Positions 18,136 to 20,358 of a stretch of 20,358 nt of DNA are shown piece after piece (position 1 is the first letter of the stretch; the number at the start of each line of letters is the position of its first letter). Under the pieces are notes generated by a model that was not told the origin of the DNA, did not search any database, and was given only the letters and a program-made list of their open reading frames with translations. Source of the DNA: Candidatus Methylomirabilia bacterium (GTDB lineage: Bacteria > Methylomirabilota > Methylomirabilia > Rokubacteriales > CSP1-6); NCBI GenBank assembly GCA_046758965.1, contig JBHIBG010000045.1:1-20358 (forward strand), given 5' to 3'. Position numbers and translations under genes: made by a program.

Positions 18136-20343
18136 ATGACAGCGCGGCGCAAGACGCGGCAGATCCAGCTTGGCTCCGTGACGGTCGGCGGTGACGCCCC
18201 CATCACCGTGCAGTCGATGACCAAGACCGACACGCGGGATCTGGAGACGACGCTGCTTCAGATCTGGGCGCTCGAAGCGGCGGGCTGCGACATTGTCCGG
18301 GTGGCGGTCCCGGTCAAGGAGGCGGCGGAGAAGCTCGGGGAGATCCGAAAGCGGATCCGGATCCCTCTGGTGGCGGATATTCACTTCAACTACAAGCTGG
18401 CGCTCATCGCCCTCGAGCAGGGCGTCGACGGTCTGCGCCTCAACCCCGGAAACATCGGGGGGAAGCGCTTCGTGATGGAGGTCGTCAACGTCGCCAAGGA
18501 GCGCCGGATCCCGATCCGGATCGGGGTCAACGCGGGCTCGCTCGAGAAAGACCTCCTCGCCACGTACGACGGCCCCACGGCTCAGGGGATGGTCGAGAGC
18601 GCCCTCCGGCACATCAGAATTCTCGAGGAGTGCGGATATCCGGAGATGAAGATCTCGCTCAAGGCCTCGGATCCAGCCATGACGATCGAGGCTTACCGGA
18701 TGCTGGCCGATCAGGTGGACTATCCCTTTCACCTGGGCGTGACCGAGGCCGGAACCCCCACCGTTGGCAGTATCAAATCCGCTCTCGGCATCGGGACGCT
18801 CCTGGCCGAGGGGATCGGCGACACCATCCGCGTCTCCCTCGCTGCGGACCCGGTTGAGGAGGTGCGGGTCGGGAGCGAGATCCTCAAAGCGTTCGGGCTC
18901 CGGAAGCAGGGCCTGACCTTCGTGGCCTGTCCCTCATGCGGTCGGGCGGACGTGGACTTGGTGAAGCTGGCGCGGGATGTGGAGGAGCGACTCAGGGGGG
19001 TGACCGCCAACGTGCACGTGGCGGTCATGGGGTGTTTGCCTCCGGGCGAGCAGGTCGTGACAAAAGAGGGTCCGAAGCCCATCGAAGCTCTGGAGGAAGG
19101 AGAGGAGGTGCTGACTGAGGAGGGCTCTTACCAGAAAGTGCTCTTGATCACCAACCACGCCCATCAAGGCGAGCTGGTGGAGGTGCATCCCACAGGTTTT
19201 CCTCCTTTCCGGGTCACCCCCAACCATCCGGTCTGGGCCTTCCCCCGCCCCTCAAGACGGAAAGGCGGCAGGGAGAGGCGCCCCCATATTCTGAGCGCGC
19301 TCGAGGAGGGGCTCGCGCCGAGGTGGGTCACCGCTGGAGAGCTGAGGCCGGGATGGGTGCTTGCGTACCCGGTGCTCCAAGAGAAAGAGGACCGGGCGGC
19401 ACTGATGGCCGAGGGGATGGGCGTGATTCCTGTGGATTGGGGTTTCCTGACCCTGTGCGGCTACTACCTGGCTGAAGGGACGCTGTCCGGTAAGGGCGGG
19501 AAGCCTTACCACCAGTTCTTCTACTTCCACGAGCGGGAGGATGCCTATGTAGAGAGGCTCCAGGCCATCCTCACAAACCTCGGGATCAAGCCGAGCCTCA
19601 CGCGCAGGCGGCACACGGCGGAGGTTATTACCCATTCGCTAGCGCTCGGAACGCTGTTGGAGGGTCTCTTCGGGCGAGGTGCCCAGGCCAAGTCTCTCCC
19701 CGGCTGGATGGGGCGGCTTCCTCACGATAAGCAGCGGGCGCTGGTTCGAGCCCTTTGGGAAGGGGATGGCTACATGGGTCGCGTCCGCGGTTACTGGCGG
19801 GCCGCGTACTCCACGTCCTCGCGGGTGCTCGCTGTGCAGGTCCATCAGATCCTGCTTCGCCTCGGGATCGCCGGGTTCCTCCACCATCGTGATCAGCGAG
19901 GCCGGAAGCGAAACTGGGTCGTCTCGGTCACCTCCAAGCTGGCCCTTGCCCGGCTCAGCCAAGTCCTCGGGCTCCGCGCGCGGCCGAGGTCCGCCGCTGC
20001 CAGAATGGGACAGGTGGTCTTGCATCGGGGAGCCTTCTACACAGGCATACGCGCTGTTGGACGCCTCCCTTACGTCGGCCATGTCCATAACCTGGAGGTA
20101 GCGGGCGCTCACTCTTTCTCGGTTCCAGGTGCCGCTCTACACAACTGTGAGGTGAACGGTCCGGGCGAGGCCCGGGCCGCCGACATCGGGGTAGCGGGAG
20201 GGAAAGGGATCGGCTTGATCTTCCGCAGAGGAGAGGTGGTCCGAAAAGTGCCCGAGGCCCAGATCGTCGACGCGCTGTGGGAGGAGGTCGAGCGGTTCAT
20301 CGCCGAGAAGAAGGCGGCGGAAACCGCCGAGGTAGAGGACTAG
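18136..20343 (+). CDS. ispG: (E)-4-hydroxy-3-methylbut-2-enyl-diphosphate synthase IspG/GcpE precursor containing an intein (735 aa; 364 aa after splicing)
   Basis: VQSMTKT, PLVADIHF, LRLNPGNIG, RIGVNAGSL, HLGVTEAG, GIGDTIRVSL and CPSCGR. VAVMG then resumes as CEVNGPGEARAADIGVAGG after a 371-aa insert. Confidence 0.97.
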   Translation: MTARRKTRQIQLGSVTVGGDAPITVQSMTKTDTRDLETTLLQIWALEAAGCDIVRVAVPVKEAAEKLGEIRKRIRIPLVADIHFNYKLALIALEQGVDGLRLNPGNIGGKRFVMEVVNVAKERRIPIRIGVNAGSLEKDLLATYDGPTAQGMVESALRHIRILEECGYPEMKISLKASDPAMTIEAYRMLADQVDYPFHLGVTEAGTPTVGSIKSALGIGTLLAEGIGDTIRVSLAADPVEEVRVGSEILKAFGLRKQGLTFVACPSCGRADVDLVKLARDVEERLRGVTANVHVAVMGCLPPGEQVVTKEGPKPIEALEEGEEVLTEEGSYQKVLLITNHAHQGELVEVHPTGFPPFRVTPNHPVWAFPRPSRRKGGRERRPHILSALEEGLAPRWVTAGELRPGWVLAYPVLQEKEDRAALMAEGMGVIPVDWGFLTLCGYYLAEGTLSGKGGKPYHQFFYFHEREDAYVERLQAILTNLGIKPSLTRRRHTAEVITHSLALGTLLEGLFGRGAQAKSLPGWMGRLPHDKQRALVRALWEGDGYMGRVRGYWRAAYSTSSRVLAVQVHQILLRLGIAGFLHHRDQRGRKRNWVVSVTSKLALARLSQVLGLRARPRSAAARMGQVVLHRGAFYTGIRAVGRLPYVGHVHNLEVAGAHSFSVPGAALHNCEVNGPGEARAADIGVAGGKGIGLIFRRGEVVRKVPEAQIVDALWEEVERFIAEKKAAETAEVED
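19033..20145 (+). mobile_element. Intein with LAGLIDADG (DOD) homing endonuclease, 371 aa, inserted in ispG
   Basis: Block A CLPPGEQVVTKEG.KPIEAL..GEEV; block B FRVTPNHPVW (TxxH at 19216-19227); LAGLIDADG motifs LCGYYLAEG (19453-19479) and LVRALWEGDG (19741-19770); block H STSSRVLA...ILLRLGI; block F VHNLEV...HSF; block G LHN followed by Cys+1. The insert is in frame at 1113 nt. Confidence 0.96.
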
Positions 20344-20358
20344 GCGGGAGTCCGACAG

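Noticed and set aside
17215..18732. 505-aa minus-strand ORF and other long antisense ORFs (9465-10607, 15868-16848, 6762-7562)
   Set aside because: Shadows of rseP/ispG, argC/argJ, dxr and nth with no independent coding evidence.
18136..20343. Long plant/Chlamydia-type three-domain IspG, or a group I intron, as the explanation for the 735-aa ORF
   Set aside because: The insert lies inside the Fe-S domain, is in frame, and has C...HN/C ends with Hint and LAGLIDADG motifs. That is an intein, not a second TIM-barrel or an RNA intron.

Overview
GC-rich bacterial chromosomal window, almost entirely housekeeping genes. A Rokubacteria/Methylomirabilota-like origin is only my guess from gene order and style. 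Left part: a 5'-truncated hypothetical gene, a biotin carboxylase with a stand-alone biotin carrier, an RpoD-family sigma factor on the minus strand, cinA, a PduO-type cobalamin adenosyltransferase, a class I/II aminotransferase and nth. Right part: a long co-directional run rplM-rpsI-argC-argJ-rpsB-tsf-pyrH-frr-uppS-cdsA-dxr-rseP-ispG. The standout is ispG. Its 735-aa ORF is a normal 364-aa IspG interrupted in frame by a 371-aa intein (19033-20145) with a two-motif LAGLIDADG homing endonuclease. The intein sits exactly at the third [4Fe-4S]-ligating cysteine (VAVMG | CEVNGPGE), so that ligand is also the intein's +1 nucleophile. Secondary observations: a 166-bp MITE/REP-like structured element between cdsA and dxr, a region-1.1-less RpoD paralog with nested sigma70/sigma54-like promoter motifs, a CinA with a degenerate NMN-deamidase domain, and a candidate S2 leader overlapping the end of argJ.
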